A DNA stretch of 32,000 nucleotides from assembly GCF_051307035.1 (NCBI RefSeq), contig NZ_CP195536.1, positions 2,610,001 to 2,642,000 of the forward strand, read 5' to 3'. This DNA comes from Psychrobacter sp. DM4. GTDB taxonomy: Bacteria; Pseudomonadota; Gammaproteobacteria; Pseudomonadales; Moraxellaceae. Within the stretch, counting starts at the first letter, position 1, and every line of letters starts with the position of its first letter. Below the pieces are notes generated by a model. The model did no database searches, was not told the origin of the DNA, and saw only the letters and a list, made by a program, of their open reading frames with translations. Of the stretch, positions 9,505-19,124 are shown piece by piece. A program made the position numbers and the translations under genes.

Positions 9505-9930
9505 TTAAGTGCTGATTCTAATCGCTAAATAAAATAGCATCAGCGAGCAAACCATCGATAACACCCAAAGTACTGAGCGAAACGTCGCTAAATTAGTGAT
9601 ATAAGCCGCGCAGTAACCCACCCGAATCAGTACATAAAGCCACGCCAGTACATTAACAATAGATTGCGGTACAAAGAACAGCATGCCGACAATAACTGCG
9701 GCTAAAAATATGGGCAACGTCTCATAGCTGTTTTGCTGCGCAGCATTAGCTCGAGCCGCAGTGCCAGTCGTGTCTTGCAAAAAGCTGCGCGGATGGGCAT
9801 TGTCAGCAAGTCTAAAACCACCAAAGGCTTTGGCAGTCATTGCCATCAATAATGGCAGCAGGCTAGCTACCACCATTGCCCATATTGCAGAGGCGGCGCT
9901 ATCAGAGATTAATCCAAAAATTATATTCAT
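9505..9930 (-). CDS. MAPEG-family membrane protein
   Basis: About 141 aa from the ATG at 9930 (MNIIFGLISD...). It has hydrophobic helices and the MAPEG-like ...HPRSFL...GTAARANAAQQNSYETLPIFLAAV... segment. It starts 10 nt after the OsmC-family stop, so it is probably co-transcribed. Confidence 0.7.
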   Translation of the reverse strand: MNIIFGLISDSAASAIWAMVVASLLPLLMAMTAKAFGGFRLADNAHPRSFLQDTTGTAARANAAQQNSYETLPIFLAAVIVGMLFFVPQSIVNVLAWLYVLIRVGYCAAYITNLATFRSVLWVLSMVCSLMLFYLAIRIST

Positions 9931-9940
9931 ACAGTAAGTC

Positions 9941-10354
9941 CTACCCTGCGATATTTTCAAAATCGTGAGTAATATCTACCCCGCCCTGCATGAGCATCCG
10001 ACTCGCTGAACAATATTTCTCAGCCGATAGTTTGATGGCGCGCTCGATCTGTTTATCAGAGACGTCGTTGCCCGTGATCACAAAATGCATATGGATAGCC
10101 GTATAAACCGCAGGTACCGTTTCTGCTCGTTGCGCCGTCAACTCACAGCGTACATCGGTTACTTCCTGTCGTGATTTTTGTAAAATTGACACCACATCGT
10201 AACTGGCACAGCCACCAAGCCCGAGCAATATGAGCTCCATGGGGCTAGCGCCTTTTTCTTTGTCCGCGTCAATCTTTACATTGTGCCCTGACGGTGATAC
10301 ACCCACAAAAGCTTTTTTCTCTTGCCACGTGACGCTTGCTTTTGATTCTGACAT
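9941..10354 (-). CDS. OsmC/Ohr-family (YhfA-like) redox protein
   Basis: 137 aa with PMELILLGLGGCASYDVVSILQK and SAEKYCSASRML. These are the two conserved Cys-containing segments of the OsmC family. Confidence 0.8.
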   Translation of the reverse strand: MSESKASVTWQEKKAFVGVSPSGHNVKIDADKEKGASPMELILLGLGGCASYDVVSILQKSRQEVTDVRCELTAQRAETVPAVYTAIHMHFVITGNDVSDKQIERAIKLSAEKYCSASRMLMQGGVDITHDFENIAG

Positions 10355-10440
10355 TGTTACTCGTCCTTTTTTAGTTTTATTTGTGCTAGCCCTAGCTTAC
10401 GCTTCGGCTAGTGTAGCACAAGCCAAAACGAGATTTTATA

Positions 10441-10455
10441 ATGTGATTGTCACAT
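10441..10455. promoter_or_regulatory. Perfect inverted repeat ATGTGA-TTG-TCACAT (candidate operator)
   Basis: The 6-bp arms are exactly complementary. It lies in the 443-bp divergent region between the osmC-family operon and rppH. The binding protein is unknown. Confidence 0.3.
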
Positions 10456-10797
10456 GACGTTAAACAAATGAACGGCCTATGAATAAACTCTTATATTTTT
10501 TGAAGTAGCGGCTGTCTCTAGAGACGCCACTCTCGTTTTAGAAAATGAAATTCAATAAAAACGGTGATTCCCATCCAATTTTTTTTGTAGCTTTAAGTTA
10601 TTGATATTAAATGATTAAATTCGTGAAACATTTTATAGCAAAATAGCGTTACACATTTTGCTGCTTTCTTGGTTTAATGGTGGTAATGAATCTCATTTTA
10701 ATGAAGTATGGAAAGTTTTCACCCTATAATAATTATGATTACTATCATTATACTTCGTTCAAAGGAGCTATTTTTAGACAATTTAAAAGGTTGAGTC

Positions 10798-11319
10798 ATG
10801 ATAGATGCAGACGGCTTTCGCGCCAATGTCGGTATCATCTTGGCAAATACACAAGGGCAGGTTCTGTGGGCAAAACGAATTGGTCACAACGCTTGGCAGT
10901 TTCCGCAGGGCGGTATCGATCGCGGCGAGACACCGATGGATGCTATGTATCGCGAACTGTGGGAAGAGGTCGGCTTGCATCCGCGGCACGTGGACTTACT
11001 GGCAGTAACGCAAGACTGGTTACGCTATCGTCTACCCAAGCGCTATGTACGCCACGGGCAACATCCTTTATGTATTGGGCAAAAACAAAAATGGTTTTTG
11101 CTGCGCTTAGATGAACCAAACACACAACACATCCGCTTTGATGAAGGGAAACCTGAATTTGACCATTGGCAATGGGTCAGCTACTGGTATCCTCTTGGTC
11201 AAGTGATTCACTTTAAACGCGGGGTCTATCGTCGCGCGCTTCAAGAGCTGGCGCGCGAGTTACCGCTCAGACAAGAGCTGATTATTCCCGAACAAGATAA
11301 CCACTTGTTGATAGACTAA
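10798..11319 (+). CDS. rppH: RNA pyrophosphohydrolase (Nudix)
   Basis: [15 protein letters not shown]...[28 protein letters not shown] (Nudix box) and ...[10 protein letters not shown] match RppH/NudH. Confidence 0.92.
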   Translation: MIDADGFRANVGIILANTQGQVLWAKRIGHNAWQFPQGGIDRGETPMDAMYRELWEEVGLHPRHVDLLAVTQDWLRYRLPKRYVRHGQHPLCIGQKQKWFLLRLDEPNTQHIRFDEGKPEFDHWQWVSYWYPLGQVIHFKRGVYRRALQELARELPLRQELIIPEQDNHLLID

Positions 11320-11333
11320 TCACTCGTCGAAAT

Positions 11334-11388
11334 AAAAATGCTCCCTGTAATGTCTAAAAAACTAGATACTATGGTGAGCATTTTTTTA
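11334..11388. terminator. Bidirectional hairpin terminator between rppH and the NRDE gene
   Basis: aaaaatgctc...gagcattttt are the outer arms, and the inner part also pairs imperfectly (gtaatgtcta / tagatactat). It is flanked by an A-run on the left and TTTTTTT on the right, between convergent genes. Confidence 0.6.
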
Positions 11389-11433
11389 TGTCTGAATTAT
11401 CGTGAGAGATAAAGCTTTTGGATTGAGACCTAT

Positions 11434-12261
11434 TTATTTAGCATTCTCTGTTTCACGGCTAATGAGTTGCGCTTTTATTTCTGACTCATTCCTTTCACGA
11501 CACAAAGTTAAAATACTTTGCGTGCGAGTACCATAGCTTGGCATCTGTGTTTCACTATTACCTAGAGCTACAGCATCAATATAGACCGAAGATAATGCTT
11601 GCTCTATACGTTTTGGCACACCTGTCTCAGGCAATTGCTCTGCTGGCGCAGGGGTCACATCGGACAGCACATCGAATGCTGCTGGCTGCCAGTAGTCAGG
11701 ATGACTGTCCTCGGCGATGAGTGGCAATACTTCTTGACGCAAACGGCCGCGTAGCCTTTGGGTCTTAAACCAGTTATCATCAAACTGTCCGTTGGATAAC
11801 ACATGTAAACCTGCATACAAAGGCGTTGGTGCATGGCCACGGTTATTAACAGCGACGGCTTGCTGCGCATCCCCAATGATAAGATTAAACCCTGCGTACT
11901 CTTGCAACTTGATCTGCCGAGCAAAGTCCATGGGGCTTTGAGTACCGCGCAAAAATTTAGTCACCAGCTCACCGCGCGAACGTTCATGCTCTCGTGCCTG
12001 TACTCCATCACGAAAGTTCAGTACCGCCGCCCAGCGTCCATTTTGTTGTGTACCTTCAATGTCTTTGCTTTGGTGAATACTTGGGTTTTGGTGAATACCG
12101 AGCCAAGTGCCGCCGCTTCTATTGTCTCTTCCTGCGAATATAGGCGCATCATCCCACTGATGTACTGGTGTGGTCGGACGTTCAAGAAACTCATCACGAT
12201 TGGACAGTAGTATGAGAGGTAAATCGTCAAAGAGCTGCCAAGCGATAGCGACAATACACAT
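11434..12261 (-). CDS. NRDE-family protein (DUF833 / TANGO2-like)
   Basis: The N-terminus MCIVAIAWQLFDDLPLILLSNRDEF carries the family-defining N-terminal Cys and the NRDE motif. It is 275 aa. An AAGGA SD lies 6 nt before the ATG. Confidence 0.8.
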   Translation of the reverse strand: MCIVAIAWQLFDDLPLILLSNRDEFLERPTTPVHQWDDAPIFAGRDNRSGGTWLGIHQNPSIHQSKDIEGTQQNGRWAAVLNFRDGVQAREHERSRGELVTKFLRGTQSPMDFARQIKLQEYAGFNLIIGDAQQAVAVNNRGHAPTPLYAGLHVLSNGQFDDNWFKTQRLRGRLRQEVLPLIAEDSHPDYWQPAAFDVLSDVTPAPAEQLPETGVPKRIEQALSSVYIDAVALGNSETQMPSYGTRTQSILTLCRERNESEIKAQLISRETENAK

Positions 12262-12298
12262 AGTTATCCTTTATTAATAATAAGCTTGAATATTCATA

Positions 12299-13930
12299 TC
12301 AGTTACCAGTCAATACCTTATCCGCAGGATAACTGACTTTCGATACGGATTGTATGATTTGTGAGCTCGTGCTTGGTAGTGTGAACTCCCAAGCCACCAT
12401 ACCTTGATTGTCATTCCAGTTGCGCTCAGTGACCGGCGGCGTATGAGTCACCATAACTTTTAGATCGTCATCGCGGCTGATGGGCTCACTGCCCAATACT
12501 TGCAAGCGCATCGGACGATTGTGCTGGCTTGTGAACTGGTAAGCTTCAGTGGTCGTCAAGGTCTGCGTTCGATTCAAGACCCCTTTTTCGCCTTGTTTGT
12601 CCTCATTGACTAATTCTTTGACAAGTGTGTTTGAATCTATACCGAAACCAATACCTTGCTCCTTTAGGGTCTGATAGCTAAAGCGCGACTGACCGACGTA
12701 ATTGTCATCGCGGTACAATTGTAGCGAGCCGTCCACCCAAGCTGGGGTCAAAAATGGCGCTGAAGCATACCAGTAGCCTGCCGTCTCAATACTTGGTGTG
12801 CTGCGAATCCATAATTTACTACTGCCAGATTGCTTGTCGATGACGGTACGCACGCGTCTGCCGTCACTTGGAATACTAACCCGCTGTGGTAACTTATATT
12901 CGACAATGCCGTTTTTGTTTTGGCTACTTACAGTAAAGCTTGGTAGCGGCTCTCCACTTGATCCTACTACATCCTCATAAGCCATATCAGCTGACACGAC
13001 CATAGGTACTGCCATCACAGGTGACATACGTTTGGTCAGCTGGTTTTGGTTTTCATCATATAATCCTAAACGATTGACTCGTGGTAAACGCCCTGTAGTG
13101 CGCTGATTGGGATTAACCGTACTCAGAGTCAACGGTATATTGGCCCAGTTCTCACCTGTTTGCTGCGCGATAATAGCAGAGGCAGTAAGGCTGAGCTGTT
13201 CGGTATTGGTATTTAAACGCGCTTGATAAGTTGGCTGCCAACTGGCACCGCGCACTTGGTAATCGAGCTTAACCGTACTTGGGGTACGGCTCGCAACTCG
13301 TACGCTCACTTGTGTCACACTATTTTGAGTAGAAGTCGTACTTCCTGCCATCAACTGATTGAGCGCGTCTTGCGCTTGTGTTTGTCGCTGCTGGATGTCG
13401 AGAATGGTTTTATTAAGTGTGCTAGCTTCTGCTTGTAAATCGCGCACATTATTAGCCAATGTGCCATCCATGCTAATCTGAGTGACTTTGGCTAAATTTT
13501 GCAAATAAGTCTTAGTCAAATAAGCCGCTTCTAATTCAGCATTAATATCCGCTAAGATGCTTTGCTGCGTCCTTACGTTCGCATCGCCTTGATATTGGCA
13601 TTGAGTAGCTTGCTCACCGCTCAGATCTTGGATACTCACTTCACCAATATTGACGCCGCCTAGCGCCTGTACGCTCAAGCTTTCTTTATCGATATCAGGT
13701 GATAAGCAAGAGAACACGAGCGTCTGCTCGCCGCTACCAGTCACAGGTAAACTGCGCGTTACACTAGCAAGACCTTGATAGATCGTTACTTGCTCTATGG
13801 TGCTTTGAGCCGCTTGAGCGGAGATCGAAATCAAACCAGCTGCTAAGCTTATAGTAACGCTCAACCCAGTCACATTGAATGCGGTTAGAGTTTTATTCGG
13901 CATCATTGTCTTCATTGCATTATTACGCAT
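12299..13930 (-). CDS. Secreted DUF4139/DUF4140 (MuiA-like) protein
   Basis: It has a signal-peptide-like N-terminus (...LAAGLISISAQA/AQ) followed by VTIYQGLASVTRSLPV (DUF4140-like). A central coiled-coil stretch follows (LQAEASTLNKTILDIQQRQTQAQDALNQL), then a long beta-rich C-terminal region. The family call is from memory of this architecture. The start could be 13930 or the Met at 13915. Confidence 0.6.
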   Translation of the reverse strand: MRNNAMKTMMPNKTLTAFNVTGLSVTISLAAGLISISAQAAQSTIEQVTIYQGLASVTRSLPVTGSGEQTLVFSCLSPDIDKESLSVQALGGVNIGEVSIQDLSGEQATQCQYQGDANVRTQQSILADINAELEAAYLTKTYLQNLAKVTQISMDGTLANNVRDLQAEASTLNKTILDIQQRQTQAQDALNQLMAGSTTSTQNSVTQVSVRVASRTPSTVKLDYQVRGASWQPTYQARLNTNTEQLSLTASAIIAQQTGENWANIPLTLSTVNPNQRTTGRLPRVNRLGLYDENQNQLTKRMSPVMAVPMVVSADMAYEDVVGSSGEPLPSFTVSSQNKNGIVEYKLPQRVSIPSDGRRVRTVIDKQSGSSKLWIRSTPSIETAGYWYASAPFLTPAWVDGSLQLYRDDNYVGQSRFSYQTLKEQGIGFGIDSNTLVKELVNEDKQGEKGVLNRTQTLTTTEAYQFTSQHNRPMRLQVLGSEPISRDDDLKVMVTHTPPVTERNWNDNQGMVAWEFTLPSTSSQIIQSVSKVSYPADKVLTGN

Positions 13931-14154
13931 GATATTCCCTCAAGACTAGCCTTCCAAAGTTCAATATAATATTTTTAATATTAGCGGTTTTTTTGTAGCA
14001 TTGCTATCTTCTGTCCTTATGGCAGCCAAGCAGTATTAATCAATGGAACCTATTTTATAAAAGTGCAGTGTTCTGATACGCTCGAAACTAGTGTTCGTGA
14101 CTCTGAAATTTGCTATCATGAACGCCATCTTATTATCTATATTACGACTACTCT

Positions 14155-15039
14155 ATGATGATTCATCCCCAGTATGACCCTGTTGCCTTGTCACTTGGCC
14201 CTGTTGAAGTCCACTGGTATGGCTTTATGTATTTGCTGGCCTTTGCCGCGGCTTTTGGGCTGGCATGGTATCGCAGCACCAAGCGCGAGGCTTGGTCGAC
14301 AGACATGGTCTCAGACTTGGTGTTCTTTGGTGCGCTTGGGGTCATCTTAGGTGGCCGTATTGGTTACGTGTTGTTTTATCAGTTCGATGAACTATTACAG
14401 AACCCCGCCTACCTGCTCAAAGTCTGGGAGGGTGGTATGTCCTTTCACGGTGGTCTCATCGGTGTTGCGCTTGGCATGTTGTATTTTGCCCGTAAGTACA
14501 AAAAAACTCCCTTTCAAGTACTCGATTTTATCGTCCCTTGCGTGCCAACGGGATTACTATTTGGGCGCATAGGTAACTATATTAATGGCGAGCTATGGGG
14601 ACGTGTCTCTGATGGTGCCTACAACTGGCTAACGTACTTTCCGCAAGCGGCGGCATATGATATGCAACTGCTACAAGACAATCCTGCGCTGCAAACCTTG
14701 ATGACTGAGGTCAACGGACAGTATTTATTGCCGCGTCACCCCTCGCAGCTATATCAAGCGCTTACCGAAGGTCTGCTACTGTTCATATTACTATGGTGGT
14801 ACTCCTCAAAACCGCGTCCACGTATGGCGGTCACTGGCGTCTTTATGCTAGGTTATGGCTTTAGTCGTTTTATCACTGAGTTCTTCCGTCAACCGGATGC
14901 TGATCAAGGCTTTATTTTATTAGGCTGGGTCACCAAGGGACAGATCCTGAGCGCGCCAATGATCATTATCGGTATCGTACTGATTATTTGGGCTTACAGA
15001 CGCGGCGTATACGACTGGGGCAAGCAAGCGGCTTACTAA
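14155..15039 (+). CDS. lgt: Phosphatidylglycerol--prolipoprotein diacylglyceryl transferase
   Basis: [59 protein letters not shown] and FRQPD are canonical Lgt motifs. It forms the lgt-thyA pairing. Confidence 0.94.
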   Translation: MMIHPQYDPVALSLGPVEVHWYGFMYLLAFAAAFGLAWYRSTKREAWSTDMVSDLVFFGALGVILGGRIGYVLFYQFDELLQNPAYLLKVWEGGMSFHGGLIGVALGMLYFARKYKKTPFQVLDFIVPCVPTGLLFGRIGNYINGELWGRVSDGAYNWLTYFPQAAAYDMQLLQDNPALQTLMTEVNGQYLLPRHPSQLYQALTEGLLLFILLWWYSSKPRPRMAVTGVFMLGYGFSRFITEFFRQPDADQGFILLGWVTKGQILSAPMIIIGIVLIIWAYRRGVYDWGKQAAY

Positions 15040-15071
15040 AGCCTTATTTTATAGAGTTAGAGAGTATTTGT

Positions 15072-15932
15072 ATGATTAGCAGTAACAATGAGCAGGCTTA
15101 TCTTGATCTACTCCAATACGTGTTGGAAAACGGCACCGAAAAAGGGGATCGTACAGGCACAGGTACGCTCAGTCATTTCGGTGCGCAATTGCGTTTTGAT
15201 TTGAGCGCCGGTTTCCCTTTGTTAACAACCAAAAAAGTACATTTTAAGTCTATTGCTTACGAGCTATTATGGTTCTTGAGCGGTAGCACTCATGTCGGAT
15301 ACTTACAACAACATGGCGTACGCATCTGGAATGAATGGGCGACGGGCGCGCAAACGGCACGTTTTAATCGTTCAGAAGGCGATTTGGGACCCGTATATGG
15401 TCATCAGTGGCGCAATTACGGCGCCAGCAAAAGCGAAGATGGTAGCTATAACAGTGATGGCGTTGATCAAATCACAGAAGTCATTGAGCAAATAAAGACC
15501 AATCCCAACTCGCGGCGCTTGATCGTCTCAGGTTGGAACCCAAGCGAGGCCAATCAAGTCGCCCTGCCGCCTTGTCATACTCTATTTCAATTCTTTGTCG
15601 CGGACAATAAGCTATCGTGCCAGCTCTATCAGCGCTCAGCCGATCTGTTTTTGGGCGTACCGTTTAACATTGCCAGTTACGCGCTGTTGACTCACATGGT
15701 CGCGCAAGTATGCAGCTTAGAGGTTGGTGAGTTTATCTGGACAGGCGGTGATTGTCACATCTATCAAAACCACCGCGAGCAGGCTGAGTTGCAACTATCA
15801 CGTACACGCTTGCCACTACCGACACTAACGCTAAATGCTGACGTCCATGACATCTTTGCCTTTGAGTACGAGGATATCAGCGTTGACAGTTATCAATCAC
15901 ATCCGGCGATTAAAGCCAAAGTCGCGGTATGA
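15072..15932 (+). CDS. thyA: Thymidylate synthase
   Basis: From the ATG at 15072: [59 protein letters not shown] (active-site Cys), [21 protein letters not shown]. The ORF-track start at 14988 lies inside lgt and is rejected. Confidence 0.95.
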   Translation: MISSNNEQAYLDLLQYVLENGTEKGDRTGTGTLSHFGAQLRFDLSAGFPLLTTKKVHFKSIAYELLWFLSGSTHVGYLQQHGVRIWNEWATGAQTARFNRSEGDLGPVYGHQWRNYGASKSEDGSYNSDGVDQITEVIEQIKTNPNSRRLIVSGWNPSEANQVALPPCHTLFQFFVADNKLSCQLYQRSADLFLGVPFNIASYALLTHMVAQVCSLEVGEFIWTGGDCHIYQNHREQAELQLSRTRLPLPTLTLNADVHDIFAFEYEDISVDSYQSHPAIKAKVAV

Positions 15933-15969
15933 GTAACTTTTAATTTAATAAAAACCATAAGGATAGGTT

Positions 15970-16551
15970 ATGAGCTATGCCCACACCGAAGTTGCCCAAA
16001 TCGCTGCTATCAGTCGTGATCGCTGTATTGGAAAAGATAATGCACTCCCATGGCATATCTCAGCGGATCTCCAGCATTTCAAAAAAATGACCACTAAAGC
16101 TAGCGATACTGACCATAAAGATAGCATTCAGGGTATCGTCATTATGGGTCGCAAAACGTTTGAGTCCATGAACAGCAAACCGCTGCCAAAGCGTGCCAAC
16201 TTCATTATCAGCGCGCAGATGGATTACGCTGAACAAAAAGGACTAGTAGATACCGATAATACTTATGTCATGCACAATTTGGATGATGCATTGACGCAAG
16301 CGGCGAGCCTAGCGCATGGCGCGCATCTTGAGACCATTTGGATTATCGGCGGTGAGAAAGTATTTAAAGACGCGATAATGTACACCGATCGTATTGAGCT
16401 CACCCATGTCGATACACAGATTGAGAACGGCGATGCCTTTTATCCAGAGCTGCCTGATGACTTTGAAACCGCGCAAGAGTCTGAGCAGATGCATGATGAT
16501 AAAAGTGAGTTAGGTTTTAAGTTTACAACGTATAAGAGAAAAGACGGTTAA
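15970..16551 (+). CDS. folA: Dihydrofolate reductase (long form, 193 aa)
   Basis: IAAISRDRCIGKDNALPWHISADLQHFKKMT, VIMGRKTFESM and IWIIGGEKVF are DHFR motifs. An AAGGATAGG SD precedes it. It lies immediately after thyA. Confidence 0.9.
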   Translation: MSYAHTEVAQIAAISRDRCIGKDNALPWHISADLQHFKKMTTKASDTDHKDSIQGIVIMGRKTFESMNSKPLPKRANFIISAQMDYAEQKGLVDTDNTYVMHNLDDALTQAASLAHGAHLETIWIIGGEKVFKDAIMYTDRIELTHVDTQIENGDAFYPELPDDFETAQESEQMHDDKSELGFKFTTYKRKDG

Positions 16552-16610
16552 TATGCAAAAACGTTCGGTTAAAATCTAGCTCATATTTATTAGAAGTTGA
16601 TACATCTAGA

Positions 16611-16638
16611 ATGACAATAGCGGTATCGCTATTGTCAT
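16611..16638 (+). terminator. Hairpin terminator between folA and uvrC
   Basis: atgacaatagcg-gtat-cgctattgtcat forms a perfect 12-bp stem with a 4-nt loop, followed by tttctc. It lies between convergent genes. The U-tract is weak on both strands. Confidence 0.55.
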
Positions 16639-16656
16639 TTCTCATAAGCAATCAGA

Positions 16657-18528
16657 TCACTCATGCAATACTTTATAAATAGTCTTTGCCAGTACCGGGC
16701 CGATACCTGTGACGCCAGCTAGCTCTTGCTGAGAGGCACCAAGTAGCTTTTGCAATCCACCAAAATGGTTAAGTAAATCGCGGCGACGCTTTTCACCCAG
16801 TCCCGGTATGACCTCTAACACCGACGATGAGCGACGTTTATCACGCTTTTTGCGGTGAGCGGTAATAGCAAATCGATGCGCCTCATCACGAATGTGCATG
16901 AGCAAATGGAGTGCTTTGCTGTCCATAGGCAAGTCAAGCGGCTCATGATCGATAAAGTGCAAGACTTCAAGTCCCGCTTTGCGCCCCTCACCTTTTGCCA
17001 CACTGATCAGTAGCGTATCACCTAAAACACCTAATTCTATTAGTACCTCTTTTGCAATACCCAGCTGACCTTTACCACCATCTACGAGTAATAGATCAGG
17101 TAGCGGCTGCTTCTTATAGCGACGCGTGAGCACTTGCTTCATCGCCGCATAGTCATCACCGCCTTTGATGTCATGAATCGCATACTGACGATAATCACGA
17201 CGGCGTGAACCACCTTGATCAAAAACCACGCAGCTCCCAATCGTCGCCTCACCCATCGTATGCGAGATATCGAAGCATTCAATACGATCAATCGTGCGAT
17301 CAGTAACATCGGTCAATACGTCTTTGAGCGCACCAAATCGCGCATGTAGCTCCAAATAATCGCCTAGCTTTGTCTTAAGCGCATTGTTGGTATTTAGTTT
17401 TGCTAAATCTAACCATTCTGAGCGGTGCTCACGGACATTGGTTTTGATAACGACTTTACTGCCAAAATGGGTAGCGAGTGCCTCACTCACTGCCGTCTGA
17501 TCAGGCAGTTCATGACTGAGTATAATTTCTGCTGGCAAATCGTCGGTGACTTGGAAATAGAATGAAGTAATAAAGGCCGATAAGTTATCCGCGAGTGGCT
17601 CGCTACTGTCGACATCAGGGAAATAGTTCTTACCACCCAGTACACGACCGCCGCGTACCGTGAGCACATTGACGCAGCTCATGCCTGCTTGACTCGATAT
17701 CGCAATGACATCAGCCTCACCTTGTACGGTGTAGACCGCTTGGCGCGCTTGTACTTCACGTAGCATAGAGAGCTGATCACGATAAAAGACTGCCTTTTCA
17801 AAATCCAATTCGTCAGCTGCGCCTTCCATTTTATGAATCAATGCACTATGAATATCGCTTGAATCACCCTTTAAAAATCGAATAGTATTGCTAACGTCTT
17901 CCGCGTACTCTTCAGGCGACACCAGACCGACGCAGGGCGCACGGCAACGCTTGATCTGGTATTCGAGACAAGGGCGTTTACGCTGCTTAAAAAAGGTATT
18001 GGTACATTGGCGCATTTGAAACATCTTTTGCATGAGCACTAGCGTCTCTTTTGCCGCATGCGCTGATGGAAACGGCCCAAAGAACCGTCCTTTTTGATGA
18101 TTGCCTTTGCCGCGTCCATAAGCCAGCCGAGGATAAGGCTTATCGGCTGAGATGAACACATAAAGGTAGGATTTATCGTCACGTAGCAGCACATTATAGG
18201 GCGGACGATACTCTTTGATGAGGTTTTGCTCAAGCAATAGCGCTTCGGTTTCACTACGAGTAATAATGGTTTCGATGTTGTGGATACGAGCAACTAATGC
18301 GCGCGTTTTGGGGTGATCGATCGTCTTGGCAAAGTAGCTGTTGACGCGACTTTTTAAGGATTTGGCTTTACCAACATAGAGAATATCGCCATTTTTGCCT
18401 AACATCTTGTAGGCCCCTGGCAAATTTGGCAGGCGCTTTATCAGATGTTTTAGACGCAGTTGCTTATCTTCTTTACTACTATCTATTGATTTTTTATCCG
18501 TGATATCTACGACTGAGACCTTGTCCAT
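16657..18528 (-). CDS. uvrC: Excinuclease ABC subunit C
   Basis: 623 aa. It has a GIY-YIG N-terminus ([30 protein letters not shown] ... [13 protein letters not shown]), a UVR segment, an endonuclease V-like domain ([19 protein letters not shown]) and a C-terminal HhH2 ([18 protein letters not shown]...[11 protein letters not shown]). Confidence 0.96.
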   Translation of the reverse strand: MDKVSVVDITDKKSIDSSKEDKQLRLKHLIKRLPNLPGAYKMLGKNGDILYVGKAKSLKSRVNSYFAKTIDHPKTRALVARIHNIETIITRSETEALLLEQNLIKEYRPPYNVLLRDDKSYLYVFISADKPYPRLAYGRGKGNHQKGRFFGPFPSAHAAKETLVLMQKMFQMRQCTNTFFKQRKRPCLEYQIKRCRAPCVGLVSPEEYAEDVSNTIRFLKGDSSDIHSALIHKMEGAADELDFEKAVFYRDQLSMLREVQARQAVYTVQGEADVIAISSQAGMSCVNVLTVRGGRVLGGKNYFPDVDSSEPLADNLSAFITSFYFQVTDDLPAEIILSHELPDQTAVSEALATHFGSKVVIKTNVREHRSEWLDLAKLNTNNALKTKLGDYLELHARFGALKDVLTDVTDRTIDRIECFDISHTMGEATIGSCVVFDQGGSRRRDYRQYAIHDIKGGDDYAAMKQVLTRRYKKQPLPDLLLVDGGKGQLGIAKEVLIELGVLGDTLLISVAKGEGRKAGLEVLHFIDHEPLDLPMDSKALHLLMHIRDEAHRFAITAHRKKRDKRRSSSVLEVIPGLGEKRRRDLLNHFGGLQKLLGASQQELAGVTGIGPVLAKTIYKVLHE

Positions 18529-18601
18529 AAACAGTAAAGCTCATAAATGCTAAGTTAGAGTTAATGATGGGGCAATAATAGAGATTTTACAAGAAAGGCG
18601 C

Positions 18602-18940
18602 TCAGCGTTTTACCCTTATCTTAAGATCTGGAGGGCGTTTTTTGACCCATTTTATGAACTTCTGTACTTCGCTATGCGCTTGTAGACGTTCTATCGTATG
18701 ATAGTAATTAGCCAGTTCATGATTGTCGAATATGCTATGGATTTGGCTATGACATGGACGGCATAGCATAGCGATATCTGTTTTCATCTCCTCGCGGCTA
18801 AAGTAGCGCTGCGTACGTGATTTATTATGGCGCGACCTTGGTATCAGGTGATGGCGCGTTAATACTAGCTCATCACGACTACATAGCTGGCAGTGCTCTA
18901 GATTTTGTGTTGTCGTATCAGCATCATAATCTTGGGGCAT
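18602..18940 (-). CDS. Small HNH-motif (beta-beta-alpha-Me, Cys4-type) protein
   Basis: HCQLCS...LTRHHLIPRSRH...LCRPCHSQIH gives CxxC...HH...CxxCH...H, the spacing typical of HNH nucleases. The preferred start is the ATG at 18940 (AAAGG SD upstream). The alternative start at 19024 has no SD. It lies 73 bp upstream of uvrC on the same strand. Confidence 0.6.
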   Translation of the reverse strand: MPQDYDADTTTQNLEHCQLCSRDELVLTRHHLIPRSRHNKSRTQRYFSREEMKTDIAMLCRPCHSQIHSIFDNHELANYYHTIERLQAHSEVQKFIKWVKKRPPDLKIRVKR

Positions 18941-19124
18941 AGTAGTATACCTTTTACTTTGTATCCTATATGGTTCATTAATGGGGTCAGTATGACCATT
19001 AACAAAGCCATTTTGCTTACGCATTAAGACTAGTAGCGCTGACTGCTTTTACTTATGATAGGTTTTTTGATCAGTACTCATTACAGTCGCTAGACAGGGC
19101 TGTGCAAGATAAAAGGATAACCCG

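Noticed and set aside
10441-10455. CRP/FNR binding site
   Set aside because: The half-sites TGTGA/TCACA are present, but the spacer is 3 bp rather than the 6 bp of CRP-family sites. The element is kept only as a generic candidate operator.
10677-11114. 145-aa plus-strand ORF overlapping rppH in another frame
   Set aside because: The rppH frame carries an intact Nudix box. The alternative frame is Arg/Ser-rich and begins in AT-rich non-coding DNA.
11833-12210. 125-aa plus-strand ORF and other ORFs (11655-11924, 12018-12254) overlapping the NRDE gene
   Set aside because: They are shadow frames of a gene with a diagnostic MC...NRDE N-terminus.
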